Shown here: piece by piece, positions 18,425-28,133 of the stretch
Layout of the letters: each line of letters begins with the position of its first letter
Numbering within the stretch: the stretch's first letter is position 1
Assembly: GCA_035764935.1 (NCBI GenBank)
Contig: DASTYK010000009.1
Location: 8,298-72,297 of the forward strand
Length of the DNA stretch: 64,000 bases
Source: Longimicrobiales bacterium
GTDB lineage: Bacteria; Gemmatimonadota; Gemmatimonadetes; Longimicrobiales; RSA9
Direction of reading: 5' to 3'
Translations under genes and position numbers: made by a program
Notes under the pieces: model-generated
The model's input: the letters and a program-made list of their open reading frames with translations, nothing else
What the model was told of the DNA's origin: nothing
The model's database searches: none

Positions 18425-20878
18425 CTAGTCGGTCCGGAGTGCCGTGGCGGGGTGCGTCGCAGCGGCGCGCTGCGCCGGGATCCAGCAGGCGAGCAGCGCT
18501 GCCGCGGCGAGCAGGGCGGGCACCGCCAGGTAGGTGAGCGGGTCCAGGGTCGCAACGCCGTAGACGAGGCCGCTCATGAGGCGACTGAGCGCGAGTGCAC
18601 CGGCGACGCCGACGCCAATCCCGACGGCCGCGACGGCGCCGCCTCCGGCGAGCACGAGACGCACGACGTCGCCGCGGCTTGCGCCCAGCGCCATGCGGAT
18701 CCCCATCTCGTGCCGCCGTTGTGCGACGCCATAGGCGATGACGCCGTACGTGCCGACGGTCGCCAGGGCGAGGGCGATCGAGGCGAAGAGCGCGAGCAGC
18801 AGGGTCGTGAAGCGCGTGCCCGACACGGCATCGCCCACGATGTGATCGAGCGTGCGCACCTCGGAGAGCGGAACGCCGGGGTCGCGGGCCCGCACGGCCG
18901 CGCGCAATGCCGGCACCAGTGCCAGCGGATCACCGGACGTGCGCGCGACCAGCGCCATTGTCCGCCGCGCGCCGGTCTGCGACGACGTGCTCCACTGCGC
19001 GTGCGGCACGTACATCTCGCGACGGGCGTCCTCGAGCACCTGGTTGTGGCGGACGTCCTCGACGATTCCGATGATCGTGACCCACGGCCGGTCGGGGTTG
19101 GTCCCGAACCTGAAGCGCCTGCCGATTGCGTTGCCGTCCCAGTACGCGTCGGCCAGTGTCCGGTTCACGACGGCGACGGGAGGTGCCTCGCGATCATCGC
19201 CCGCCGTGAACCAGCGCCCGCGGACGAGCCGCATGCCCATCGCCTCGAAGTACCCGTCGGTCACGATCTGCCAGTCTGCGTTGTGATCCACGCCCGGCCC
19301 CGTGGGCACGCCTTCGATCGTGATCGACCAGTCGCCGATCTCGCCCGTGAGGGGCAGCAGCCTGGCGGCGCCTGCGTGCCGGACGCCGGCAAGGGCGCGC
19401 ACGTCGTTCACGGTGCTGCGAATGAAACGCTCCACCTGCTGGTCGTCCTCGTAGCCGAGCTGCGGCAGGGAGAGCTGGGCGGTGAGCACGGACGATTCGT
19501 CGAATCCCAGGTCGATGCGTTGCAACGCGGCAAACGTGCGCAGCATCAGCCCGGCGCCGATCACCAGCATCACCGAGAGCGCGAGCTCCGCGACCACCAG
19601 CGACTGGCGGAAGCGTTGCCGCGGCTTGCCGCCCGTAGCGCTGCGGCCGCCCTCGCGCAGCTCGCGGCCGAGCTCGGCACGCGAAAGCTGCAGTGCGGGC
19701 ACCAGGCCGAAGAGCAGGACCGTGAGCAGTGCGATCGCCACCGTGAACACGAGCGCATGGGTATCGACCCGCACCTCCTCGATGCGCGGGATCGCGGCCG
19801 GCCCGAACGCTACCAGTGCACGTACACCCGCCTGGGCGAGCAGCAGGCCGAGTGCACCTCCGGCGAGCGCGAGCAGGCTGCTTTCCATCAGGAGCTGGCG
19901 GACGATGCGGCCGCGGCCGGCGCCCAGTGATGCGCGCACAGCCATCTCGCGACGTCGCTCGTCGCCACGTGCCAGCAGCAGGTTGGCAACATTGACACAC
20001 GCGATCAGCAGCAGGAACGCAACCGCCCCGGCAAGCACCAGCAGGAGCGGTCGCGCGGCCCCCACGATGGACTCGTTCAGCGGACGCGCGACAGGGACCA
20101 GCGCTTCCGCCTCGTCCACGAGACCGTCACGCACCCAGCCGCGCGCAATGGCCTCGAGCTCCGCATTCGCACGGACAACGGTCGCTTCGGGGCGCAGGCG
20201 TGCAATCCCGAGCAGGTAGTGACTGCCCCGCTCCTCGAGCAGGCTGTCGCGCTCCAGCGGTTGCGGCAGGAACAGCTCCGTCGGACGCGTCGCGTCGTAG
20301 TCTGCCGGCAGACCGACGCCGGCGGGCAGCACGCCGACGATCGTGTGCGCCTCGTTGTTGACCAGCAGCGTCGAGCCGACGACCGCACGGTCGCCCGCGA
20401 AGCGGCGCTGCCAGAGCCCGTGGCCGAGAACGACGACCGGCGGACCGCCCCGACGCCATTCGTCCGGCCCGAAGTACCGTCCCGCCGCTGCCGGCACGCC
20501 GAACACATCGAAGATGCCGTCCGTCACCCGGGCCGTCACGACCCGCTCCGGGTCGCCCGCACCGGTAGCCACGTTGGCGGCGCCGCTGGTCCAGTATGCG
20601 ACGCGCTCGAAGCTGGAAACGTCCTCCCGGTATTCCAGTGCCTCCGGCTCCGAGATCCAGCCGCCCTCCATCAGGCCGTTGCGCAGGTTGACCACGAGCG
20701 CGAGCCGGTCGGGCTCGGCATACGGGAGCGGCTCCAGCAGCACGGCGCGCACGACCGTGTAGATCGCGACGTTCGCGCCGATCCCGAGGGCGAGCGTGAG
20801 GATCGCGACGGCCGCGAAGCCGGGGCGTCGCACGAGCCGGCGGGCCGCATGGCGGAGATCCTGGCGCAGTACGTCCAT
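18425..20878 (-). CDS. ADOP-family ABC transporter permease (MacB-like, duplicated FtsX domains)
   Basis: Start ATG 20876-20878 gives the family-typical N-terminus MDVLRQDLRHAARRLVRRPGFAAVAILTLALGIGAN. Two MacB_PCD/FtsX repeats. The upstream 203 codons of track ORF 18425..21487 overlap a real plus-strand gene and were discarded. Confidence 0.88.
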   Translation of the reverse strand: MDVLRQDLRHAARRLVRRPGFAAVAILTLALGIGANVAIYTVVRAVLLEPLPYAEPDRLALVVNLRNGLMEGGWISEPEALEYREDVSSFERVAYWTSGAANVATGAGDPERVVTARVTDGIFDVFGVPAAAGRYFGPDEWRRGGPPVVVLGHGLWQRRFAGDRAVVGSTLLVNNEAHTIVGVLPAGVGLPADYDATRPTELFLPQPLERDSLLEERGSHYLLGIARLRPEATVVRANAELEAIARGWVRDGLVDEAEALVPVARPLNESIVGAARPLLLVLAGAVAFLLLIACVNVANLLLARGDERRREMAVRASLGAGRGRIVRQLLMESSLLALAGGALGLLLAQAGVRALVAFGPAAIPRIEEVRVDTHALVFTVAIALLTVLLFGLVPALQLSRAELGRELREGGRSATGGKPRQRFRQSLVVAELALSVMLVIGAGLMLRTFAALQRIDLGFDESSVLTAQLSLPQLGYEDDQQVERFIRSTVNDVRALAGVRHAGAARLLPLTGEIGDWSITIEGVPTGPGVDHNADWQIVTDGYFEAMGMRLVRGRWFTAGDDREAPPVAVVNRTLADAYWDGNAIGRRFRFGTNPDRPWVTIIGIVEDVRHNQVLEDARREMYVPHAQWSTSSQTGARRTMALVARTSGDPLALVPALRAAVRARDPGVPLSEVRTLDHIVGDAVSGTRFTTLLLALFASIALALATVGTYGVIAYGVAQRRHEMGIRMALGASRGDVVRLVLAGGGAVAAVGIGVGVAGALALSRLMSGLVYGVATLDPLTYLAVPALLAAAALLACWIPAQRAAATHPATALRTD

Positions 20879-21056
20879 TCGCTCCCGTCCTGGTGAAGTG
20901 CGTGAATACGGGGTGAGACAGTCGACACGCGCAGAAGGTTGTAGCCGCGGGTGTGTGGCGGCCGTGGCACGGTCAGGAGCGGACGGCAGGCCACGTCGCC
21001 TGCTCGAGCGCGGCCGTGGCACCAGGCAGGAGCAGTCGGCTCGCCGGCCCACCTGC

Positions 21057-21085
21057 TTGATCGCGGCCGGATGCCCGGCTACCCT
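21057..21085 (+). promoter_or_regulatory. candidate promoter giving a leaderless mRNA for the ArsC-fold gene
   Basis: -35 TTGATC (21057-21062), 17-nt spacer, -10 TACCCT (21080-21085), then 6 nt before ATG 21092. There is no Shine-Dalgarno sequence upstream of that ATG. Confidence 0.3.
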
Positions 21086-21091
21086 GCGCGC

Positions 21092-21442
21092 ATGGAAGTC
21101 CAGATCTTCGGCACGAAGAAATCCGCCGACACCCGCAAGGCGCAGCGCTGGTTCGCGGAGCGCCGCATCCGTGTGCATTTCGTCGATCTCGCGCAGCGCG
21201 CCGCATCGCGCGGCGAGCTGCAGCGGTTCGCGCAGAAGTTCGGCGTGCAGGCGCTGGTCGACCGCGACGGCAGGCGGTTCCGCGAGCTCGGCCTCGGTGC
21301 TGCGCACTACAGCGACGAGCGCTGGCTCGAGCGCCTGACTGATGACCCCCTGCTGCTGCGCACGCCGCTGGTCCGCTCCGGCAGCCGCCTCACCGTCGGG
21401 TTCGAGCCCGATGCGTGGGCGGAGTGGCTGAGCGCCGGCTGA
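21092..21442 (+). CDS. ArsC/Spx/YffB-family thioredoxin-fold protein (lacks the N-terminal catalytic Cys)
   Basis: MEVQIFGTKKSADTRKAQRWFAERRIRVHFVDL matches the family N-terminus, but Ser replaces the Cys of the CxxC/CxxS position. Confidence 0.8.
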   Translation: MEVQIFGTKKSADTRKAQRWFAERRIRVHFVDLAQRAASRGELQRFAQKFGVQALVDRDGRRFRELGLGAAHYSDERWLERLTDDPLLLRTPLVRSGSRLTVGFEPDAWAEWLSAG

Positions 21443-21501
21443 GCGCCGCAGGGCATGGCTCATGCACCGTTCCGGTCCTCCAACCACCGAAGGAGCAGAC
21501 C

Positions 21502-21735
21502 ATGGCGACCTGCGATCAGTGCGGCAACGACTACGACAAGGCGTTCCAGGTCACGATGGGTGACCGGACGCACACCTTCGACAGCTTCGAGTGCGCGATC
21601 GCCAGGATGGCGCCGCGCTGCACGGTGTGCTCGACGCCCATCATCGGTCACGGCCTCGAGGCGAACGGAACGTTCTACTGCTGCGACCACTGCGCCGAGA
21701 AGGGCGGCGTGGAAGCGTTGCGCGACCGGGTCTGA
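21502..21735 (+). CDS. small cysteine-rich putative metal-binding protein (77 aa)
   Basis: ATG 21502 after AAGGAG (21490-21495). Cys/His pattern CxxC...C...CxxC...H...CCxHC (9 Cys in 77 aa). Confidence 0.7.
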   Translation: MATCDQCGNDYDKAFQVTMGDRTHTFDSFECAIARMAPRCTVCSTPIIGHGLEANGTFYCCDHCAEKGGVEALRDRV

Positions 21736-21777
21736 CACACGCAGCATCACGTGCATGCGGCGCTCGCCGCGCAGTGA

Positions 21778-24210
21778 TCAGTCCGCGCGCAGCGCGAGCA
21801 GCGGGTCCATGCCGGCTGCGCGGCGTGCGGGCAGGCAGCTCGCGACCAGCGCCGTCCCGGCGAGGATGGCGGTTGCGCCGACCAGCGCAACCGCATCGGT
21901 TGCGGCTACACCGTAGAGCAGGCTTTCCATTACCCGCGTGAGTGCAACGGCCGCGACGAGGCCGATCACCACGCCCGTTGCCGTCAGCAGCAGCCCTTCA
22001 CGCAACACCAGGCGCAGCACGCTGGCGTGGGGTGCGCCGAGCGCCATGCGGATTCCGATCTCGCGTCGACGCTGCGCGACCGCGAACGACATGACACCGA
22101 AGATGCCGACCGCCGCGAGCACCACAGCGACGCCCGCGAACAGCAGCAGCAGTGTCATGTAGAAGCGCGGCTGTGCGACGGAGTCTGCGAGGACGTCGTC
22201 CAGCAGGCGCACCTCGTCGAGCGGCAGGTTTGCGTCCAGCGCGTGCAGCTCGTCGCGCAGGCGCGGCACGACGAGCAGCGGGTTCCGGCCAGGTGAGCGC
22301 ACGATGATGCTCATGCCCGGAACGCCGACCTGGGCGTGCGCGAAATACACCGTTGGCAGCGACTCCTCGCCCAGCTCCTGCAGCTTCACGTCCGCCACGA
22401 CACCGACGATCGTGCCGGACACGCCGTCCGGGTGCGCTTCGCGCCCCCAGCCCATGGTGACCGTGCGGCCGATGGGATCGTTGCCGCCGAAGTAGCGGCG
22501 TACGGCGGCTTCATTGACCAGGGCCACCGGCTGTGCGCCTGCACGGTCCGTGGCCTGGATGTCACGACCGCCGCGAAGCGGGATGTTCATCGCGGACAGG
22601 TACCCGGGGGTGATGACCCGGACGTCCATCACCTGCTCCGGCGAGATCTCGCCTTCGCCCTCGATCGAGAAGCCGGTGCGCAGTGTGGCCGGGGTGAGCG
22701 GCAGCGCGGACACGGCGGCTGCGGCGCCCACGCCGGGGAGTGCGCGCACACGCTGCAGGTACTGCTCGACGAACATCGATCGCCGTGCGTCGTCCGGATA
22801 GGGCCCGTTCGGCAGCCCCACCGGGAACGCGATCACACCATCCGCGCGGAAGCCCGGGTCGACCTCCATCAGCGTCGCGAAGCTGCGGATCAGCAGGCCA
22901 GCGCCCGCCAGCAGCAGCACGGCGAGCGCGATCTCCGCGACGACCAGTCCCGTGCGGATGCGCTGACTGCGGCGCGTTCCGACCTGGCTGCGTCCCGCCT
23001 CGCGCAGCGCGTCGTACGGCGACGTCCGCGCAGTCTGGAGCGCGGGCAGCACGCCGAACAGCAGTGCCGCGAGCAGGGAGAGACCGAACGTGAACGCGAT
23101 GACGGCGCTGTCGACACGCACTTCCGAAATGCGCGGCAGGTCGCCGGGCTGCATCCGCACGATCGCGGCAGTGCCCCAGAGCGAGAGGACGAGACCGAGC
23201 AATCCGCCCAGCAGGCCGAGCACGACGCTCTCTGTGACGAGCTGACGGATGATGCGGGAGCGCCCGGCGCCGAGTGCGGTGCGCACCGCCATCTCGCCCT
23301 CGCGGGTGGACGCACGGGCGAGCAGCAGGTTGGCCACATTGACGCATGCGATCAGCAGCACGAACCCGACGGCCGCCAGCAGGACCAGCAGCGGCGTGCG
23401 CACGTCGCCGATGATCGCCTCGCGCAGCGGCGTGGTGACGATGCCGAGGGTAAACCGGAACCCGGCCGGCTCCAGCGTCTGGTTGACCCGATGGGCGAGT
23501 GCATCGACCGCAGCTCGCGTACGCTCGAGCGATACGTCGCCGCGCAGTCGTCCGATCACGTCCAGGTAGAACCCGCCGCGTGATCCGTCGCTGCGGAACC
23601 CCTCTGAATACTCCAGCGGAACCCAGGCGTCCGTGTCCCCGGGATACCCGAACCCTGCGGGCATGATGCCGATGACGGTGTACGCCTCGCTGCCCAGCAG
23701 CACCGTCTGGTTCAGGATCGCGGGATCGGCCCCGAAGCGCTGCTGCCAGAGCGCGTTGGACAGCACGACCACGCGCGTGCTACCCGGCTCGTTCTCCGCC
23801 CGGGCGAAGCTGCGGCCGAGCTGCGGACGGATGCCGAGCACGTCGAAGTAGTTCGCGCTCGCCACGCGCACGTCCAGGTCCGTCGGCTCACCGGCACCCG
23901 TGAGGGTCAGCGTGCCACTCGAGGCGGCCGCGACGCCGGTAAAGACCTCCGTCAGCCCGGCCAGGTCCAGGTACGTTGCGGACGCGAACGCGTCGATCGG
24001 GGCGTTCCCGTTCACGGTGCTGCTCACCCGGACCAGCCGCTCCGAATCCGGAAACGGCAGCGGCCGGAACAGGACGCCGTACACGACGCTGAAGATGGCG
24101 CTGTTCGCGCCGATCCCGAGCGCGAGCGTCAGAAGAGCGACAAAAGTGAAGCCGGGCGAGCCGGCCAGCTTGCGGAACGCGTACCGCAGATCGGCGATCA
24201 GGGTGTCCAT
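21778..24210 (-). CDS. ADOP-family ABC transporter permease (MacB-like), second copy
   Basis: Start ATG 24208-24210 gives MDTLIADLRYAFRKLAGSPGFTFVALLTLALGIGAN. Two FtsX repeats. The track ORF extension to 24588 runs through a repeat region and was rejected. Confidence 0.88.
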   Translation of the reverse strand: MDTLIADLRYAFRKLAGSPGFTFVALLTLALGIGANSAIFSVVYGVLFRPLPFPDSERLVRVSSTVNGNAPIDAFASATYLDLAGLTEVFTGVAAASSGTLTLTGAGEPTDLDVRVASANYFDVLGIRPQLGRSFARAENEPGSTRVVVLSNALWQQRFGADPAILNQTVLLGSEAYTVIGIMPAGFGYPGDTDAWVPLEYSEGFRSDGSRGGFYLDVIGRLRGDVSLERTRAAVDALAHRVNQTLEPAGFRFTLGIVTTPLREAIIGDVRTPLLVLLAAVGFVLLIACVNVANLLLARASTREGEMAVRTALGAGRSRIIRQLVTESVVLGLLGGLLGLVLSLWGTAAIVRMQPGDLPRISEVRVDSAVIAFTFGLSLLAALLFGVLPALQTARTSPYDALREAGRSQVGTRRSQRIRTGLVVAEIALAVLLLAGAGLLIRSFATLMEVDPGFRADGVIAFPVGLPNGPYPDDARRSMFVEQYLQRVRALPGVGAAAAVSALPLTPATLRTGFSIEGEGEISPEQVMDVRVITPGYLSAMNIPLRGGRDIQATDRAGAQPVALVNEAAVRRYFGGNDPIGRTVTMGWGREAHPDGVSGTIVGVVADVKLQELGEESLPTVYFAHAQVGVPGMSIIVRSPGRNPLLVVPRLRDELHALDANLPLDEVRLLDDVLADSVAQPRFYMTLLLLFAGVAVVLAAVGIFGVMSFAVAQRRREIGIRMALGAPHASVLRLVLREGLLLTATGVVIGLVAAVALTRVMESLLYGVAATDAVALVGATAILAGTALVASCLPARRAAGMDPLLALRAD

Positions 24211-24444
24211 ACGTGGCGCTCGAGGGTCGGCCGGCCCGCGGCCGGTGTGCAGGCGGCGCGAACGCGCTGCCCGTCGGGGCCGTACGAAAGGAGCGCGCCA
24301 GTCGCATTCGTTTTCCAAGTCGTTGCCGGTGAAAGAATTAGGCATGCGGGGAGGAGCGGCACGGGGCGCGGGCGTTGCGGAATCGGGACGGCGCGGGTGC
24401 GAAAGCCGGACGAAGCAGCCTGCCGGGATCCGGGTACGACGTCG

Positions 24445-24560
24445 CCTGCCGGAGTCCGACGGCGCGGGCACGGCCGGGTCCGACGGCGCGGCCTGCCGGA
24501 GTTCGACGGCGCGGGCACGGCCGCGTCCGGCGGCGCGGCCTGCCGGAGTTCGACGGCGCC
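24445..24560. repeat. 47-bp tandem repeat (2.5 copies) containing a phased 13-nt core
   Basis: Unit starts at 24445, 24492 and 24539. Units 1 and 2 are 44/47 identical. Core TYCGRCGGCGCGG occurs at 24455, 24479, 24502, 24526 and 24549. Confidence 0.9.
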
Positions 24561-24737
24561 GCCCCGAGCCCCCCGCGGCCCGGTTCACGCCGCGTGGTTA
24601 TCCTGAACCCCGTGAGTGTGTATGTTCCGAACACGGACAGTGCCGCAGGCGACCTCCTCCGCGGATGCAGTCATGACAGCAGCCCAGCGTGCAGTGCCGA
24701 TGCCCGCCCGGGTGCCCGAACAGGGTGCGGGTGCTTC

Positions 24738-25886
24738 ATGGCGGTGACTGCCGACGTCCTCGTCCTCGGCCTGGGCGCAGCCGGCAGCGCCGCGGCATGG
24801 CAGTGCGCCGCGCGCGGTGCCCGCGTGATCGGCATCGATCGCTGGGCACCACCGCACGATCGCGGCTCCAGCTTCGGCCGCACGCGCATCATCCGTGAGG
24901 CCTACTACGAGCACCCGCTGTACGTACCCTTTCTGCGACGCTCCCTGGACCTGTGGCGCGCGCTGGAAACGGAGTCCGGCCGCACGCTGCTCGTGACCAC
25001 CGGCGGCGCGATGATCGGCCCGCCCGACGGCGAGCTCGTCGCGGGAGCCCTTTCCAGCGCCCGCGAGCATGGGATCGCGCACGAGCTGCTCGATGCACCC
25101 TCGTTCGAATCGCGCTTTCCGGGGTACCAGCTGCAGCCGGACTGGGTCGCGCTGGTGGAAAACCGGGCGGGGCTGCTGCTGCCGGAGGCGTGCATCGAGT
25201 CGTTCCATGCGTGCGCGCGCGCGCGCGGCGCCGAGCTGCGCACGGATGAGCGAGCAATCGCGTGGAAGGCTGACAGCAACGGCGTCGTGGTCGAAACGGA
25301 CCAGCAGCGGTACCACGCGTCGCGCCTCGTGATCGCTGCGGGCGCGTGGCTGCCACAGCTCGTTCCCGAGCTGGCGCCGGTGCTGCAGATCGAGCGACAG
25401 GTGCTGATGTGGTTTGATCCCGCGCGCAAGGCGGAGCGGTTCGATGCGGAGCACTCGCCGATCGCACTGTGGGAGTTCGAGCGCGGTCGCATCTTCGCGA
25501 CTTTCCCGGATCTGGGCGACGGCTTCAAGGCGGGGCTGCATCACGGCGGACCGACGTGCGATCCGGAAACACTGGAGCGCTCACCGATCAAGGCCGACGA
25601 GCGCGCGATCCGCTGGCTGCTCGCGCGCCTGGCCCCGGACACCAACGGCGCGCTGCGCGATGCGTGCGTCTGCATGTACACGAATACGCCGGACCATCAC
25701 TTCGTGATCGACCGGCACCCGTACCATGAACAGGTCGTGATCGCGAGCGCCTGCTCCGGCCACGGTTTCAAGTTCGCGAGCGCGACCGGCGAGATGATTG
25801 CGCAGCTCACGCTCGACGGAAGGACCCAGCTCGACCTCGCGCCCTTCGCCGTGCAGCGGCTGCTGCGAGAGGCACCGGTGCAGTGA
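24738..25886 (+). CDS. FAD-dependent oxidoreductase, monomeric sarcosine oxidase / N-methyltryptophan oxidase (SolA-like)
   Basis: N-terminal dinucleotide fold DVLVLGLGAAGSAAAW. Covalent-flavin motif ACSGHGFKF near the C-terminus. Start ATG 24738; upstream part of the track ORF rejected. Confidence 0.85.
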   Translation: MAVTADVLVLGLGAAGSAAAWQCAARGARVIGIDRWAPPHDRGSSFGRTRIIREAYYEHPLYVPFLRRSLDLWRALETESGRTLLVTTGGAMIGPPDGELVAGALSSAREHGIAHELLDAPSFESRFPGYQLQPDWVALVENRAGLLLPEACIESFHACARARGAELRTDERAIAWKADSNGVVVETDQQRYHASRLVIAAGAWLPQLVPELAPVLQIERQVLMWFDPARKAERFDAEHSPIALWEFERGRIFATFPDLGDGFKAGLHHGGPTCDPETLERSPIKADERAIRWLLARLAPDTNGALRDACVCMYTNTPDHHFVIDRHPYHEQVVIASACSGHGFKFASATGEMIAQLTLDGRTQLDLAPFAVQRLLREAPVQ

Positions 25887-26059
25887 GCCAGTGAATACAG
25901 AAGTGCGCGTCGCCAGCGGGCGGCGTCGCGAATGATCGATGCAAGGCCGGCCGCCGTGAACGCGGCCGCCCAAAACTGGACGACACGATGACTGCTGGCA
26001 TACATGCGTTGCCCGCACAGCGCAGCGGACTCAACTCGCTGCGCGGCGGGCCGGTTCAC

Positions 26060-27985
26060 ATGAATCCCGAACGACCCGGTCGCGCGCGCGGCGGTGTGCC
26101 CCGCCCGCCCGATGAGCCCGGCAAGAAGGAGAAGCGGAAGGGCCTCTTCGGTGTCGGGACGGCGAGTGGCGAAGCGAAGCGTCTCATGTGGGAGCATCGC
26201 GGGCCGCTCGGCCTCGGCCTGCTGCTGATGGCGATCAGCCGCCTCGCCGGGTTCGTGCTGCCGCTCAGCTCGCAGGTCCTGCTCGACGACGTGATCGGCG
26301 GCACGCGCCCGGAGCTGCTGGTTCCGCTCGCGCTCGCCGTCGCCGGTGCGACCGTGCTGCAGGCGCTGACCAGCTTCGGCCTGGCCAAGGTCGTCAGCGT
26401 GACCGCACAGCGCGCGATCCGTGACATGCGCAAGGTCGTGCAGTCCCACGTCATCCGGCTGCCCGTCAGCTACTACGACACGACCAAGTCGGGGGTCCTG
26501 ATCTCACGGATCATGAACGATCCCGAGGGCATCCGGAACCTGGTCGGCACGGGGCTGATCCAGCTCGTGGGCGGGCTGTTCACTGCGGTGATCGCGTTCG
26601 TCTTCCTGATCCAGCGCAACTGGAAGCTCACGCTGGCCACGGTGGCGATCCTGCTCATGTTCGCGGGTGTGGTCGGCTACGCGTTCAAGAAGCTGCGCCC
26701 GATCTTCCGCAAGCGGAGCGAGATCACCGCGGACGTGACCGGACGGCTGGGCGAGGCGCTGGGCGGTGTGCGGCTCGTGAAGGTCTACACCGCCGAGAAC
26801 CGCGAGGAGAGCGTGTTCGCAGGTGGCGTGGACCGCCTCTTCCAGAACATCTCGAGCACGATCACCGGCACGTCTGCCGTGACGGCATTCTCGACCGTGA
26901 TCGTCGGCGCGATCAGCGTGCTCGTGATCCTGGTCGGCGGGCGGGCGATCCTCAGCGGCACCATGACGGTCGGTGAGCTGACCAGCTTCATCTTCCTGGT
27001 CGGCATGATGGTCACTCCGCTCGTCGGCATCGCCTCGATCAGCACGCAGGTCAGCGAGGCCTTCGCCGGCCTCGACCGCATCCGCGATTTGCGCGAGATG
27101 GAAACGGAAGATGATCTCGACCGGGGTCTCGAGGCACCCGAGGACCTGGAAGGCGACGTCGTATTCGACGATGTGAGCTTCGAGTACGAGCCCGACGCCC
27201 CCGTCCTGCGCAACGTCTCGTTCCATGCGCCCGCGGGCACGACCACCGCACTCGTCGGCCCCAGCGGCGCCGGCAAGAGCACGCTGATCGGGCTGGTCAT
27301 GGCGTTCGCGCGTCCCCAGGGCGGACGCGTGCTGGTCGACGGCAAGGACCTGACAGCGCTGCGCCTGCGCGACTACCGCAGCCAGATCGGTGTCGTGCTG
27401 CAGGACAACTTCCTGTTCGACGGGACGATCCGCGAGAACATCGCGTTCTCACGGCCCGACGCCACGGAAGAGGAGATCCGCGAGGCCGGCCGCATCGCGC
27501 ACTGCGACGAGTTCGTCAGCCGCTTCGAGGACGGCTACGACACCGTCGTCGGAGAGCGGGGCGTGAAGCTCTCGGGCGGGCAGCGCCAGCGCGTCGCAAT
27601 CGCCCGCGCGATCCTGGCCGACCCGCGCATCCTGATCCTGGACGAGGCGACGTCCTCACTCGACAGCGAGAGCGAAGCGCTGATCCGCGACGGCCTGCGC
27701 AAGCTGCGCCGCGGGCGCACCACCTTCGTGATCGCGCACCGCCTCTCCACGATCACCAGTGCCGACCAGATCCTGGTCATGGAAGAGGGACGCATCGTGG
27801 AACGCGGCAACCATCGCGAGCTGATAGATGTGGGCGGGCTCTACCGCCGGCTCTACGAGCGGCAGCACCAGCTCGAGTCCGACCTCTACATCAACCCGGG
27901 TGAGGACCCCTCCAGGACAAGCGACGCCGACGTCGCACGGGACGCGGCGGCGTCGGTGGCGTCCAGGACGTCCCGCGAGCTGTAA
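26060..27985 (+). CDS. ABC transporter ATP-binding/permease fusion (MsbA-type exporter)
   Basis: Six-TM ABC_membrane domain plus Walker A GPSGAGKST, signature LSGGQRQR and Walker B ILILDEATS. Start ATG 26060; ATG 25988 is also possible. Confidence 0.9.
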   Translation: MNPERPGRARGGVPRPPDEPGKKEKRKGLFGVGTASGEAKRLMWEHRGPLGLGLLLMAISRLAGFVLPLSSQVLLDDVIGGTRPELLVPLALAVAGATVLQALTSFGLAKVVSVTAQRAIRDMRKVVQSHVIRLPVSYYDTTKSGVLISRIMNDPEGIRNLVGTGLIQLVGGLFTAVIAFVFLIQRNWKLTLATVAILLMFAGVVGYAFKKLRPIFRKRSEITADVTGRLGEALGGVRLVKVYTAENREESVFAGGVDRLFQNISSTITGTSAVTAFSTVIVGAISVLVILVGGRAILSGTMTVGELTSFIFLVGMMVTPLVGIASISTQVSEAFAGLDRIRDLREMETEDDLDRGLEAPEDLEGDVVFDDVSFEYEPDAPVLRNVSFHAPAGTTTALVGPSGAGKSTLIGLVMAFARPQGGRVLVDGKDLTALRLRDYRSQIGVVLQDNFLFDGTIRENIAFSRPDATEEEIREAGRIAHCDEFVSRFEDGYDTVVGERGVKLSGGQRQRVAIARAILADPRILILDEATSSLDSESEALIRDGLRKLRRGRTTFVIAHRLSTITSADQILVMEEGRIVERGNHRELIDVGGLYRRLYERQHQLESDLYINPGEDPSRTSDADVARDAAASVASRTSREL

Positions 27986-28133
27986 CGCTGTTCAGTTGAA
28001 TTGCGGGTGAGACAGGGGCGGGCGTGACGCGCCCGCCCTCGGCGCGCGCTGGGTGCAGACAGGTCGGGCGCAATTACGGGCCGGGGGCGGCTTTGGCGCC
28101 GGATCACGCTCGCCGAGCTGCGTCGATCCAGGG

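Noticed and set aside
20879-21487. N-terminal 203 codons of track ORF 18425..21487. Similar upstream extensions occur at 21778..24588, 30736..32007, 24375..24737, 45277..45597 and 53565..53834.
   Set aside because: The extensions overlap real genes on the other strand or run through repeats, lack family similarity, and are followed by an internal start that gives the canonical N-terminus or signal peptide.
24290-24345. Possible sigma54 promoter (GGCAAC-GAC-TTGG on the minus strand) upstream of ADOP permease 2.
   Set aside because: The spacing between the GG and GC elements is off by one, and the -12 element is GG rather than GC. No enhancer-binding protein is nearby.
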